Positions 23,543-34,935 of a DNA stretch of 64,000 nucleotides are shown piece by piece. Position 1 is the first letter of the stretch; each line of letters opens with the position of its first letter. The stretch spans positions 1 through 64,000 of the forward strand of contig JAPEUG010000056.1 of NCBI GenBank assembly GCA_026025795.1, read 5' to 3'. The translations under genes were made by a program, and so were the position numbers. Source of the DNA: Thelocarpon superellum (taxonomy: Eukaryota). The notes below the pieces were generated by a model that worked only from the letters and a program-made list of their open reading frames with translations, was not told the origin of the DNA and made no database searches.

Positions 23543-25208
23543 TTATTGCAGTCCGGCCGCAACTTCCTTGGCGTGGCCGTTCGCATGCCCGTTGACGCCG
23601 AGGACACCATCGACCATTCCACGCCCGTGGCCGTTTGCAATGACATTTCCAAGGTCTTTGCCACCAGCAACCCCGACGTTCACGCCTTTACTCAGCACAT
23701 TCCCCTTCACCTGCCCATTGCCGTTCGTTTCATCCGCCTTCTCTGTTGCAAGATTGGTCGCGTGAATCTCGGCCTGGTGGTTCTCCGTGTAACCAGTGTC
23801 GCTAGCATCGACATACGCCTCGAGGCCAGCGCCTTGGCGCGGGTACTCCTGCATCAAAGCTTTGTGTCGGCGAAGAGCGGCATGCAATTCCTCGTCGTCG
23901 GCGTCGTTGATGAAGGTGCATGAACCGATGGGATGCGGCACGGCGGCGCGGAGCTTGCCATCGCGCGTTTTCAGGATGGCCGTCGTGCCCTTGTCGAGGA
24001 CCTCTTCCGTGAATTGAGGGTGATCCATAGAGAGACCAGCTCGAGAGAAGAGCATCAAGATACGCCGATGTTCCTCGTCCGTGATCAGGCCGCGAGAGTT
24101 GGCCAACGTGGCCGAGTAAGCCATATCGATGGAGATGGCATGGCCGTGGCGGAGCGGTGGGTCTGGGATGAGCTCATGGCACGGAGACCATCTGCATGGA
24201 CATCAGCAACGCATATACCGAACTCGGGTATGAGGCTGACGCACGTATGCCCGTAGGCAATGACGCGATCGAGACCAATCTCGTGCAGATTGGGACTTTC
24301 CAGTTTGAGCATTACATGGATCCCTTCGCGGTTGATCCGATCGGCGGCGGCGCGCACGTCCGCCGACGAGCCATCGATCCGTCCGAAGCCGGTGCGAATA
24401 AGCTCCTCGCAGTGACGGTCCAGCAAATTGAAGGTGTCGAGGTGCGCACACGTGGAGATCTTAATCAGCTCGGCGAAGCCGTTCCGGATCTGAGCGGTTG
24501 GCAGTGTGCGGAGGAAGGTGAAGTCGAGGAAGGTGTGGATGGGGGCGTGGTAGGCGCCCAGTCGGTTCTTATAGTTCCCGTAGTTGACCGCGACTTTGAT
24601 GGACACGGCGGCGTCGATGAGACCGATCACGGTCGTGGGCACGCGGATGAAGTTGGTGTTGCGTCGATACGCCGCACAGGCGAATCTATACCGTCTGAAT
24701 TCAGCGAGTCGTCCTCGCCGTGCCGTCGTCGGTGGGAGACGCAGGAGATGTCTGGTGAGGAGCAGAATCAAGTCTTACCCAGCGACGTCCGTGACCAAGC
24801 CCCCTCCAACCACCAGCACCGGCTCCTACGGCACGTAAGCCTCGCTCGGTCCAGCCGCCTGAGGAGCTGACTCGGTACCTTGCGGTAGATGCCAAAGTCA
24901 GTCATGGACTCCACGATGCTCAACAAGGTTGGAATCGTTTTGGCCTTCTCGCCGATCTTGGTCTTGTGGATCTCCACCTTCAGGCCGTAGTGGGCGAAGT
25001 ATGCCTCCATCTGACGGCCGTACACGTTGTAGATGTTGAGATCGGTCACGGCGAGCACTCGGCCCCAGGGCTTGTAGCAAGCGGCCAGTTGGCCGTTGGC
25101 AATGTTGAAGACGCCATCGAGGAAGGTAAAATCGTAAGAGATTTTCTCGTATCCCTCTACATGGAAGCCGTCCGTCGTCTCCGCGACGGTGGCCGTGAGA
25201 TCCGACAT
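23543..25208 (-). CDS. Demethyl-4-deoxygadusol synthase (DDGS, MysA; sedoheptulose-7-phosphate cyclase)
   Basis: Starts [23 protein letters not shown]. Spliced motifs are [54 protein letters not shown] and TRDGKLRA. Introns at 24826-24878, 24686-24778 and 24192-24244. Confidence 0.93.
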
Positions 25209-26894
25209 GGTGGGCGAAGAGATGGGATGAAAGGAAACGGTTGAATCACGGTCGGGCTTGCCAAGATTGGAGGGCCTGAAGCTATGATTGAGCGCACCAC
25301 CAAGCTCAGATTTCACCGAGAGCCCACGATGATATATGATACACCTGTTGGTCCGGGTCTGGTCCCAACACGCCGTTGGTGACGGAAAGGCAAAGAATGG
25401 CTTTACGGCGTGCATGGCTGCACGGAAATAGCATAACGTCAGGCAGCCGAGTCATTCAGGTCATCGAAGGCTCAAGCAGCAAACTCATTGGACCACCCCC
25501 GCGACCTCCCGATTCATAGGTGGAGTAGGAGACAGTGGATTTCAGGTCTCTTCGACTTAAGCGACGCGGTAGTACGATCTGACAACCCGTGCAGCCCCAG
25601 AAGGGAAGGGTGCATCGGAACGGAGGTGTTGGACGCAGTTGCGTGATGCGCTGGATGCAGCGCGATGGTAGTGATGATGTCAAGACGAGATCAACAGCAA
25701 GAGCTGCAGACATCTCATTCTCCTTGGTCATTTGACTCTCCATGCCCGCAGCCGGGGAAGAAGGCCGATGCCAAGCGTACACTCCAAATCCTCTCACGCA
25801 CACGATTTTCGCAAGCCCTGCCACTGGCGCAAGCTGATGCATCATGCCGGCAGGGGGAAGCGAAGGGTCTGGTCAACTGGAAATCGAGTAGAAGCGAAGG
25901 AAGACGGGTGCACCCGAGCAAGCCGGGCAAAATCTCGGACACATCGTGGCTTGAGCCCACTGTATCGGTAAGGGCGCAGCAGAGAATATGAGAAATCGTT
26001 ATTGCCGAGCGGAGCCAGCTGGGCCGCGGCCGTGTCCAATCCCATCATGACTCACCTGGAGCGCTTCGTCCAGGCCATTTCAGAAGGCGTAATGACCCAG
26101 GCTCGCCACCAGAAAGAAAAGCCTTCCTACATGTCGTACTGCAGGCATGCAGCGCGTCTCGGAAGTAGATCACGCAGAAATGGACGTGCGAGTGAGCACA
26201 TCTCGAGCCGATCACCACGACTACCCTGGTATGATCCCTTCATGACGAAACCTCGTCTGCATCGTCAGCTAGCGAGGCAATTCGGTTCTATCTGAACAAG
26301 AATGATGAATGCGATACGTGGGCGTCTAGTCTACGCCTAACGCGGCCAAGTGAGGGGCATCGTCTCCATACCCCCACTGGTATCCTTCGATAACTTATAG
26401 AATACAACAGCAGCAAGACCCGACCCCGCCACCTTCTGAGTCAGAAACCTCAAGAATCTCTCCACCTTGGCCTGCTAAGTGCCGCCAGCGGTGATCGCTT
26501 CATATCCGTAGACAGGTGGGTGCCCATTAAAGACGCACTATGACTTTGGACCCCGGCGCACCTCGCATGCATATGCCTGAAACAGTCGGTGTGTAAACGG
26601 CCACGGTGCGTTTCCGAGCCACAGGAGCACGACAGCATGAAGACGATCCAGCTGATCCCACTATGGTCTATCCAAATTTCACACATCAAGGCTTTCGTAG
26701 CTGTCGGAAAAGTCTGGACACGTAAGAATATGACGCGGCGAGAACAAAATGACCTGACACGGCCATCTGCGTTCGTCTACGGGTTGATTAGCAATGCTGC
26801 GTACATAAGGCATGCCAGAGTCTGAATATGGAGGATCAACCCCGCCCCTTGCTGCCGAAGAAACCTCAATCGAAGCGTCCGGGAATAAGACACC
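25209..26894. promoter_or_regulatory. Divergent intergenic promoter region shared by DDGS and O-methyltransferase
   Basis: About 1.7 kb with no convincing ORF between head-to-head starts. Function is inferred from gene orientation only. Confidence 0.55.
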
Positions 26895-27866
26895 ATGCCA
26901 GGGTTTGATACGAGCAAAGCCTACGTGCCTCAAGATGACGTCTCCGTAAGTCGGACCATTCTCGCCATGAAGTCGTGTACTGACGATGCTTTAGTTCGAC
27001 GATGGCCGTGAGCTCGAGTTGCTTCGTGCCATCTACACGGACCCCTCGCTCCCCGAGATGCGGGGGCATCCCGAAAAAGTGCTGGAAGCCATCGACCGAT
27101 ACGGACGGTCCAAGCACTTCTTGATGAATGTGGGCGCGGCCAAGGGTCGCATAGTGACGGACCTCATCGCCGAGGTGAAGCCGCAGGTGATGGTGGAGCT
27201 CGGAGGATACTGTGCCTACTCTGCCATCTTGTTTGGAGATGCCGTCCGCGCCGCAGGGGGAAGGCAGTACTGGAGTCTGGAGCGAGACCCAGTCTTTGCC
27301 GCCATCGTCATGTCGCTCACTGACCTTGCGGGCTTACGAGACATTGTGCAAGTGGTGGTGGGCGCCAGCGGAGATTCGCTCAAACGACTGCATCATGAGG
27401 GCCGGCTGCATCATATTGATTTACTGTTTCTGGATCACTACAAGCCGGCCTACACGTCCGACCTGAAGTTGTGCGAATACCTCCGCCTGGTTGCCCCGGG
27501 CTCCGTGCTGGCGGCGGACAACGTCATCAAGCCGGGAAACCCGCCGTACCTGGAGTACGTTCGAGGTACGGTGCAACAGAAGCGCGCAGCTTTCGAGCAG
27601 GGTGGAACGAGCAACGCCATCGATGAGCAATTTTCGGCCGGCACCAGAGACAAGTACAAGGCACGGGTTGGTGAAGAGACGTTGAGCTCGGAGATCCAGG
27701 GGAACCCGAACTTCCGATATGACAGTAAACTCGTTGGGAGTTTTGAGCCGACGGGTGTGCCAGTGAGCAAGCCCTCCACGTCTGAGGTTCCGTCAGAAGT
27801 CGCTGCTGACGGTGACCGTATCAGGATGGTGTCGAGATTTCTCGTTGTATCGAGGAAGAAAGGTGA
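26895..27866 (+). CDS. Catechol-O-methyltransferase-like MysB (4-deoxygadusol-forming)
   Basis: MPGFDTSKAYVPQDDVS^FDDGRELELL, LMNVGAAKG, VELGGYCAYS, FLDHYKPAY and LAADNVIKPGNPPY. Introns at 26946-26994 and 27763-27824. Spliced end is DGVEISRCIEEER*. Confidence 0.9.
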
Positions 27867-28009
27867 AGGGTAGCAGAAGTGGCAGGCACTCAATTTCCTT
27901 GGGCAGACTGGCTCGTAAATGCATCGGACGCGGGGAATGATGAGAAATATCACAAGGACCAGGACAGGCCCGGTGCAGAACGCCGCCTCGCCTCCCATGC
28001 TGTAACCCG

Positions 28010-28612
28010 TCACTTTGGCCCCCGTTTGCTCAACGCCGCATCCACCTCCTTCATCAGAGCCTGCAGATCGGCATCGGTGCTCTCGTGTTCTAGCGCCTTC
28101 TTCGCCCATTCTTTGGCCTCCTCGAGCCGGCCCATCTCCAAGAGGCAGCGTCCTTTGCGCCACCAGCCCTTGGCATTCCCCACCCGCTTCATCTCCACGC
28201 TCGTCTCGGCGTCGATCATGCCCTCGGCCCAGTTCTGCATGGCCATGTGTGCCTGCGCTCGATTGGCATATAGACCCGACACCTCGTCCCGGACGAGTCC
28301 CGCCGGCTCCCACGGCGGTCGGCCCAGGGCCATCTCGATGCCAAAGGTGTACATGCGGATGGCATCGGCATGTTGACCCTTGCGGAATTCCGTGTTTCCA
28401 CCCTCGCGCAGTTTGGTGATCTGGGCGCTTCGTTTCGGGTTCACCGGGACCGGGGGCGGTGGGACGGGCGTGTCTAGGGAGAGGAGCGAACGGTTGAGGG
28501 TGTTCAAGGTTTGCAGTTCGTCGGTGACTTCTGGGTCGGTGGTGGTCAAGCTAGTGATCGCTTTGGTTGTAGGGTTGAGCTGGAGCGGGAGCTGTGTGAA
28601 AGTATCCTCCAT
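28010..28612 (-). CDS. SEC72: Translocation protein Sec72 (TPR)
   Basis: PPPPVPVNPKRSAQITKLREGGN, ALGRPPWEP, YANRAQA and KGWWRKGRCL. Confidence 0.9.
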   Translation of the reverse strand: MEDTFTQLPLQLNPTTKAITSLTTTDPEVTDELQTLNTLNRSLLSLDTPVPPPPVPVNPKRSAQITKLREGGNTEFRKGQHADAIRMYTFGIEMALGRPPWEPAGLVRDEVSGLYANRAQAHMAMQNWAEGMIDAETSVEMKRVGNAKGWWRKGRCLLEMGRLEEAKEWAKKALEHESTDADLQALMKEVDAALSKRGPK

Positions 28613-29291
28613 CTTGGCTAAGGAGGCTCCTGGTTGGAGCTGACGAGGTCGCGGACGTGCATGTCAAGCTCGGGTTGAGGCCAAATATTGTGCTTGAGAA
28701 CTGCGCGTGCGGTGACTCCAGCTGTCCGAACCCAAACGGCGTGACGCCTCTTTAGTCACCCTTCCCGACAGAGAGCCGAGACGGCCAGCATGATTCCAGG
28801 CCAGAGCTTCGGTGGTCTCTGCACCTCCCGGCTGGCGCCGACTTCTGCGCCAGCCTCGAGCTCGCTGGCTTAGCGCGGGGAACCCGTAATGCCAACGTTG
28901 ACGCGCGCCTTCAGCTACCCCACTGGCCCACTCAAACCAAAGGCTGTGCCGCAACAGCCAATCAGTAGGGTTGTCAGCCAGGAGTTGGAGGACGGATTGT
29001 GGTTCGTACGACGCACTTCGGTACTGTCCACTGAGAGCCAGGTCTGTCCTTGCACTGCACCCCGCAGTCTTCATGGACACGAGAGGTTGAGGCGACGAAG
29101 GTCTCAACAGCCATCACAGCCATCATCCTTCCGAGGGGTCCTCTATCTTCTAACATCAGACACCCACACGTTGGCTGCCGAGCCGATCACCTTCATCTTC
29201 CTGCTCTTGGTCAAGGATGGTTGACCCTCGTCAACCGTGATCTCCTCATCTCTCATCGATGACATTGGAGCCACGACCACCCCCAGTCATC

Positions 29292-30038
29292 ATGTCGGCA
29301 CTGACCTTGCTCCCTACGGAGATCTGGGTTGCAATCATCATCGAGACGCTCCCCCTTCGACTCGAAGACCTCGTCCACCACCCCCTGACCCTGACCTGCT
29401 CCTTCCACCAGAAGCTCCTGCACGACGTAGTGCAGCATTATGGGACACTTGACTACACCTTGGGAAAGGACGAATGTCCACGACCCGCCAACTCGTGGGG
29501 CGACTGCGATCAAGAATTTGGGCGCAACATCCACCGCGTCATCTTCCGGTACGGTCCGCCTCGACATGAAGGGGACGGCAGCTACATCGAACGTCCCCCC
29601 GTCGGCGAGATGTGCCACTACATCACCTGCCTCGTCTGGCCTGTTCGCTTCCAGGTGCTCGTGATCCGCGCAGGGCCCGAGTGGCTGGGGGCCAACTGGC
29701 CGCTAGATCAGTTCAAGGTCTTCATGCGGCAAGGCTACCGGTGGAAGGCGGACGAGGTTGAGTTTGAGGGATGGGGCAACAACGCAGCGGCACAAGACCT
29801 GGCACGCTCCATCCTCCTGCGCCGCGGCGAACACATGGACCGCCGCTTCAACCGCGTTTACCATCCCATTGACACCATGCCGAGGCTGCCCCACAGCCTC
29901 CGCGCCACCTCGTTGAAAGACGCGGCCAATCTGCTTCAGATCAACGATGGCAAGTCGCCGCGAGGACCAGGTGGGCCATCGAGGGATGGCAGTGGCCCAT
30001 CGTCAGGTATGACGCAGGCGACCGCCGTTCAGCAGTGA
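29292..30038 (+). CDS. Hypothetical protein with F-box-like N-terminus
   Basis: Intronless ORF with coding-like composition that begins MSALTLLPTEIWVAII. No other family recognised. Confidence 0.6.
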   Translation: MSALTLLPTEIWVAIIIETLPLRLEDLVHHPLTLTCSFHQKLLHDVVQHYGTLDYTLGKDECPRPANSWGDCDQEFGRNIHRVIFRYGPPRHEGDGSYIERPPVGEMCHYITCLVWPVRFQVLVIRAGPEWLGANWPLDQFKVFMRQGYRWKADEVEFEGWGNNAAAQDLARSILLRRGEHMDRRFNRVYHPIDTMPRLPHSLRATSLKDAANLLQINDGKSPRGPGGPSRDGSGPSSGMTQATAVQQ

Positions 30039-30190
30039 TTCATTTGGCTTCAGCCCTTCCTCACGTCTCCTCTCCTCCTTGAGAATCTCTCCAGCTGGGA
30101 CTGATGGAGCGTCTTACGGATGAACGGATTTCGTAATGAATGATATCTTCCCTTTCTTCTTACCTTCTTTCCGGTCGCTTTGTTCATCTC

Positions 30191-30238
30191 TTCTTGGGTT
30201 CTTCTTGGGTTCTTCTTGGGTTCTTCTTGGGTTCTTCT
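30191..30238. repeat. 11-bp tandem repeat (TTCTTGGGTTC) x about 4
   Basis: ttcttgggttc repeated directly, downstream of the orphan ORF. Confidence 0.85.
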
Positions 30239-30725
30239 GAAATGATTAGCCGGTGTCCGCAGGGCCGCAGGAACGGAGTGAAGAGATGGGATAGGATGGG
30301 ATGACGGGAGGAGTACAAAAAGCTCCTGGCGACGATGAATCATACCTACTGGCACCTCTCAAACAAAATCAAACGAATCTGTTCATGCAACTCAACAGTG
30401 ACGCGGTAGAAGATATTCAGGGCCAACTCCCTCCTACCCTCGCTCCTTCCCTACCTGCCTAACTATACTTACTTTCCTGTACTGTACTGTGATGTATAGA
30501 CTGGTAAAGGGTGAAGTAAGTACCACAATCAGGTCACGCATCCGACAACGCCTGGTTCTTCGTTGTCGCTTTCGCTGGCGCTCTTCTCCTCCCTCTCCTC
30601 CCCTCCCATTCCCTCTCCAGTCTCCACTCTTCACTCCTCTCATCACTCCCTCATCCTTTTCTATCCTTTTTCCTCCACCCGCCGTCCTCATCGACGATGT
30701 GAAGGCCAAGTAGAACGAGACGACC

Positions 30726-32454
30726 CTACTTCCCAAACTGAAACGCGCCAAAAGCTCCCGCTCCGCCACCATTGCCCATTGCGAGACTCATGCCGTTCGA
30801 CGCCGCGCCGTGCCCATGTCCAGGCGTACTGGCCAGACCGGCATGAGTATTGTTAGGCGTGCTAGGCGCACCGCCACCGTTCTGGTACGTCGCACGATCC
30901 GCGCCATTGATGAAGTTCGAAGCACCAGCAGAGTTGCTCAGCGCGTTGCTAGCCAGTGCGTTGGCCGCGGCCTGGGCGGCCGGGAGCCCGACGCCGTTCA
31001 GGCCCCAGATTTGACCCAGGTACATGTCCTCTTCGATGGAACCGCCGAAGATGAGGCGCCGCACTTCGAAGAAGACCTTGCCCGTCACGAGCGAGTCGGA
31101 GCCCGCTTGGTGCGTGGGCCCAATGCGCTTCACGCCCAGCTCATCCGCGATATCTTGCAGGCTTGATTTCTGGCCCAGGCTGTTGATGATCTGTTGCGCT
31201 TGCGGGCTCAGGGGTGAGTCGTGGTTGACAACGTGGTGCCGGCTCGCGGCCTTCATGAGGTATTTGATGTCGTACAGGCTGGGAAAGAAGATGTGGAGCA
31301 GCTTGCGGTACTCGACTTCGTCGTCGGGAAGAGGGCGACACAGCATGATCTTGAGGAGGTAGCCGAAATCGTAGCCCGAGTGGAAGGAAATCCATCGCAC
31401 GTCCTCCAGCAGCACCATGCCCGACGTGATCAGGTACGAGCCGAACTCGAGTGGGTCGATGCCGTTTTTCTCGTGCATCTGGAAGTCGAGGCCCGACTTC
31501 TGCAGGAGGTCGATCGAGTCTTGCGCGTACATGTCGGAGTGAATCGAGAAGCGGAAATTGAATTGCCACGTGCATGGGCAGGGGATGAGGTTGTTGGGGT
31601 AGCCGGTGCCATTGCTGTTGGATGCCTCGGTCGACTGCTGGGCTGGCGGAGCGTCGCCGTCGACGGTGAAGAGGGTGATGCCGAGTTGGATCATCTTGAG
31701 GAGGTCGACGTTACACCGGAGCGTCTGGTAGTGGTAGTCGGCTTTGGTCGTGAAGGTGCCCATGGGCCGTGCCACGATGCCTGGGAATTCCGTATCCTGT
31801 GTACCGCGGTCAGCCGGATCACAATGACACCTACCGACCTTCTTGATCGAAGCTGTGGGCACGACGTACCATGGCGATGTACGGGTATTTGTCCACCAAG
31901 CCCCGCAAGACCGCCATCTCCTGCGCCAGATTGTTCCGCCATACGTCTCTTATCCGTCCCTTACCCAGGCCTTTGGATGGATCCGCCGCGGCCCCAAGTC
32001 CTGCACCCTCGTTTGCTTCTTGCCGTTGAAGGGCCGCTCCGTGCGCGAAACCCATCTGCGCCGCGTGGCTGCCGAGTCCGGTGCCACCACCCACTCCACC
32101 GGGGGGACCACCACCGAGACCGCCGACACCGCCGCCAAGTCCTCCGCCCGCCGCACCCCCCGCCCCACCGAAGCCTCCTCCGAAACGTCCCAAGTTGCCG
32201 GCGCCGGCAGAGGCCGCAAAGAGACTGAGATTCGAGGGATTTCCAAAGGCAGACGGGTGGCCGCCCATGCCGCCACCTCCCGCCCCACCGCCTAACGGAT
32301 TCGCCAAGGTCGAGCTGCCGAGATGATGTTGTTGTTGCTGTTGTTGGAGATGTTGCTGCTGCTGCTGTGATGGGTGGCCTCCAGCGAAGGGTGTCATGCC
32401 GCTCCCGACGCCGCCTAGATAGCGACTTAACGCGGCTTGCGGATGTGGCGCCAT
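30726..32454 (-). CDS. POP2: CCR4-NOT deadenylase subunit Caf1/Pop2
   Basis: RIRDVWRNNL, KYPYIAM^DTEFPGIVARP, WISFHSGYDFGY and HQAGSDSL. One intron. Gln/Gly-rich N-terminus. Confidence 0.95.
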
Positions 32455-33172
32455 GGCTTGTGAAGGGAAAGAGATTCGTGATCGAGAGGATGGGCCGGAC
32501 GATCCGGACGAGGATGAGAAGGGGGATGGAGAGGGTGCGCGACGGCGCTCATGGAGTCGGGGCGGATGAATGTCCTCGGTAGAGTGGCTTTCCTCTGATC
32601 GCGGGCTTCAATCCGACATATTGGTCACGAATTGAGGATGTGATATGAACGTGGGAGAACGATTGAATCTGTTCAACCAGCTGTCATGTAGAGTGAATGG
32701 GTAAATGGGGAGCTCTTGAAGGGTGGGGCTGCGGGTGTTGGGTGATGAGCTGGAGGAAGCGATGCCAAGGATCGATCTCCATTGGACGGAGTCTTGACAG
32801 TAATTCGGCTGTCTCGCCTTGGCTAGCGGACGACGTAACTAGAAGGCAAGGAATCGCTGTGTGGTAGAAGCCATGCTGGACAAGCGACCGCATCCACGAC
32901 TACGCCAAGATACAAAAGTACAGGCACGACGTATCCCTCACCAGCTTCATCCACATAGACCGACTCGCTCGATTTCGTCCTCAACAGCACACTTCATTCG
33001 AAAGCGTCACATCAGATGAAGGCACAATAATTCTCATCGAGGGTGAGTAACTCGACCGGCCCGGCTGTCCCGTCCGTCGCTGGAGAAAGTCATCGCTAAT
33101 TAACGCACAGAGTGCCCGGTCCGATACCCCATCCTCACCACCACCTCCTCCATCTTCTCCTCTCTTGCGACT

Positions 33173-33590
33173 ATGGCTCCCCGAAGAATCTCCCCCCTCA
33201 CAGGCTTCTCGGCCAGCAAGCTTGCAGCTGCATCGGGCATGCCAGCCAATGACCCCTGGGCAAGAGCGTAGGTCGTGTGCTATTCCGTCCTCAACCCTAT
33301 CCCTGAGCCCGAATCCACCGTCCTTTCTCGTCCTCAGTCCGATCCCACCTCTACTGATATCCAAGCCTTGTCGTGCCCAGTAGCAGTGCGAATGAATCCT
33401 GCTAACACATGTCAGTGAACAATGGCGATACACCGGCCCGTTCTCGCGATGGAATCGATTTCGGGGCTCTTTCCCGGGCCTGGGCTTGGCGACGGTCGCC
33501 TTTGCCGCCTATCTCGGCTACGAGTACATGTTTTTGAACGAGCATGGGCACGGTGACGCATCGGGACACGAGAGCGAGCATGGTCATTGA
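33173..33590 (+). CDS. NDUFB3: NADH:ubiquinone oxidoreductase B12 subunit (NDUFB3/NB2M), not in ORF track
   Basis: Exon 1 MAPRRISPLTGFSASKLAAASGMPANDPWARA, intron 33268-33415 (GTAGGT...GCTAAC...CAG), exon 2 EQWRYTGPFSRWNRFRGSFPGLGLATVAFAAYLGYEYMF, then a His-rich end. Confidence 0.92.
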
Positions 33591-33856
33591 TTTGACATGG
33601 AGGAGCCGTGTTACCTTCGTGTCCTATGTCTTGAACAATTGATTCGCGTTGATAGCCCTACGTATCTCATCTTGAGTCGAACCGCCAGAAGGTCGTCACA
33701 TTGGCTGACAGAGCTACTGCATCTGCTGAGTTGGTGTGTGCATACGGAGTAGAGGATGAAAGCATGCCAGGGCCCGTCTCCACCACGCCTCGCTCGAAAT
33801 CAACGCGCTTGGAACGCTGCAAGCATGACAAAGGAGGTCCAATGCGGCGGATCTGT

Positions 33857-34935
33857 TCACGGCGCCACATTCCCTCGGTAGCTGTAGTCGGCTTGAGGGA
33901 AAGAGAGCGGAGGCAGTGGCCCAGGCGACTGAGGGGGACTGACGACATAGCCATGTGGAGCTTCGTAAACCGGACCAGGCACGTGAGAGCTGTCGCCCAT
34001 CGCACTCACGTAGCTATGTCGGATGTCGGCATCGTAAGGTGGAGCATCGGCATAGCTTCCCTCGAGTTCGTGATCCGGGTAGTCGACCGGAGGAGCTTCA
34101 TATGGCTCGGAGTCATGTACCTCCACGCCGCCCCAGCTTACCTGTCGGCCCGGGTGTCGGCCGTCGCCATTGTCGGCGGAGTGTAAAAGGGCGTATTGGT
34201 CGTCGTCGGCCCCACCTATGTGGCCTTCATCATCGCCGTTGTCGGCGGTTGAAAATGCTTCCTTGGTTTGTGCTGTGATGCCATAGGAATCGGAGCCAGA
34301 CGACTGTCCCGGTAAATGGCCGTTCTTTCGGAAGTAGATGACGCCGTACACGGAGATGGCACTCGTGGCGAGAAATAAGACGCTGCTCACGCCATCGTCA
34401 GCGTCGTGCCCCACACTCCACGGACCGTGCTGGTCACCCACAAGATGAGTCCCCCAATGCCCGCCGTTGCTTGGCTCAGCTTGCATTTCTCTTCCGATCC
34501 AAAGGCAAAGGTGGTACAATTGCCTGAGGAGACATGGGCTTTGTCGGCCCCGGCACTAATTCCGGCCGAGTTCCAGACAGCGACGGCGATAAAGGCCGAG
34601 AACCAAAAGATCTGCCGATCGATCGTCAGCAACTATGGCTCGAAATGGTGGGTCACTGGGAGCACAGGTCGTACCGCAAAGAGGACGTCTAATGCGGCAA
34701 AGGCATAGGCGTTCACGAACTTCTGGGCTCGCTCCCACATGGGGACCATGGTCTGATAGATCAAGGCGGGCAGACTCAGCCAACAGACGGCAAAGTACCA
34801 TCGCGGACGGCCATCGGTCGGGCCTTGGGCCACCAGGATGGCGATGGTGATGGCCCAGGCAATGAAGATCAGCAGTCCTTGCACGCCATGAAGGGCCGTC
34901 TTCGCCCGTTGCAAGATACCCAGAGGTAGCTTCAT
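33857..34935 (-). CDS. MARVEL-like four-TM membrane protein
   Basis: Four hydrophobic segments (LHGVQGLLIFIAWAITIA, CWLSLPALIY, IFWFSAFIAVAVW, GIGGLIL..LFLATSAIS) across two introns. Acidic/Pro-rich cytosolic tail. Confidence 0.75.

Noticed and set aside
23543..25208. Alternative call as 3-dehydroquinate synthase
   Set aside because: Fungal DHQS is part of the pentafunctional AROM protein; the motifs and the neighbouring O-MT and ATP-grasp genes indicate DDGS.
27950..28012. Possible stop-codon readthrough of SEC72 (TGA CGG)
   Set aside because: The extension ends SWSL with no targeting signal, and the context is not the TGA-CTA motif.
30191..30238. Direct repeats considered as a CRISPR-like array
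   Set aside because: Contiguous 11-bp units without spacers, in a eukaryotic genome.
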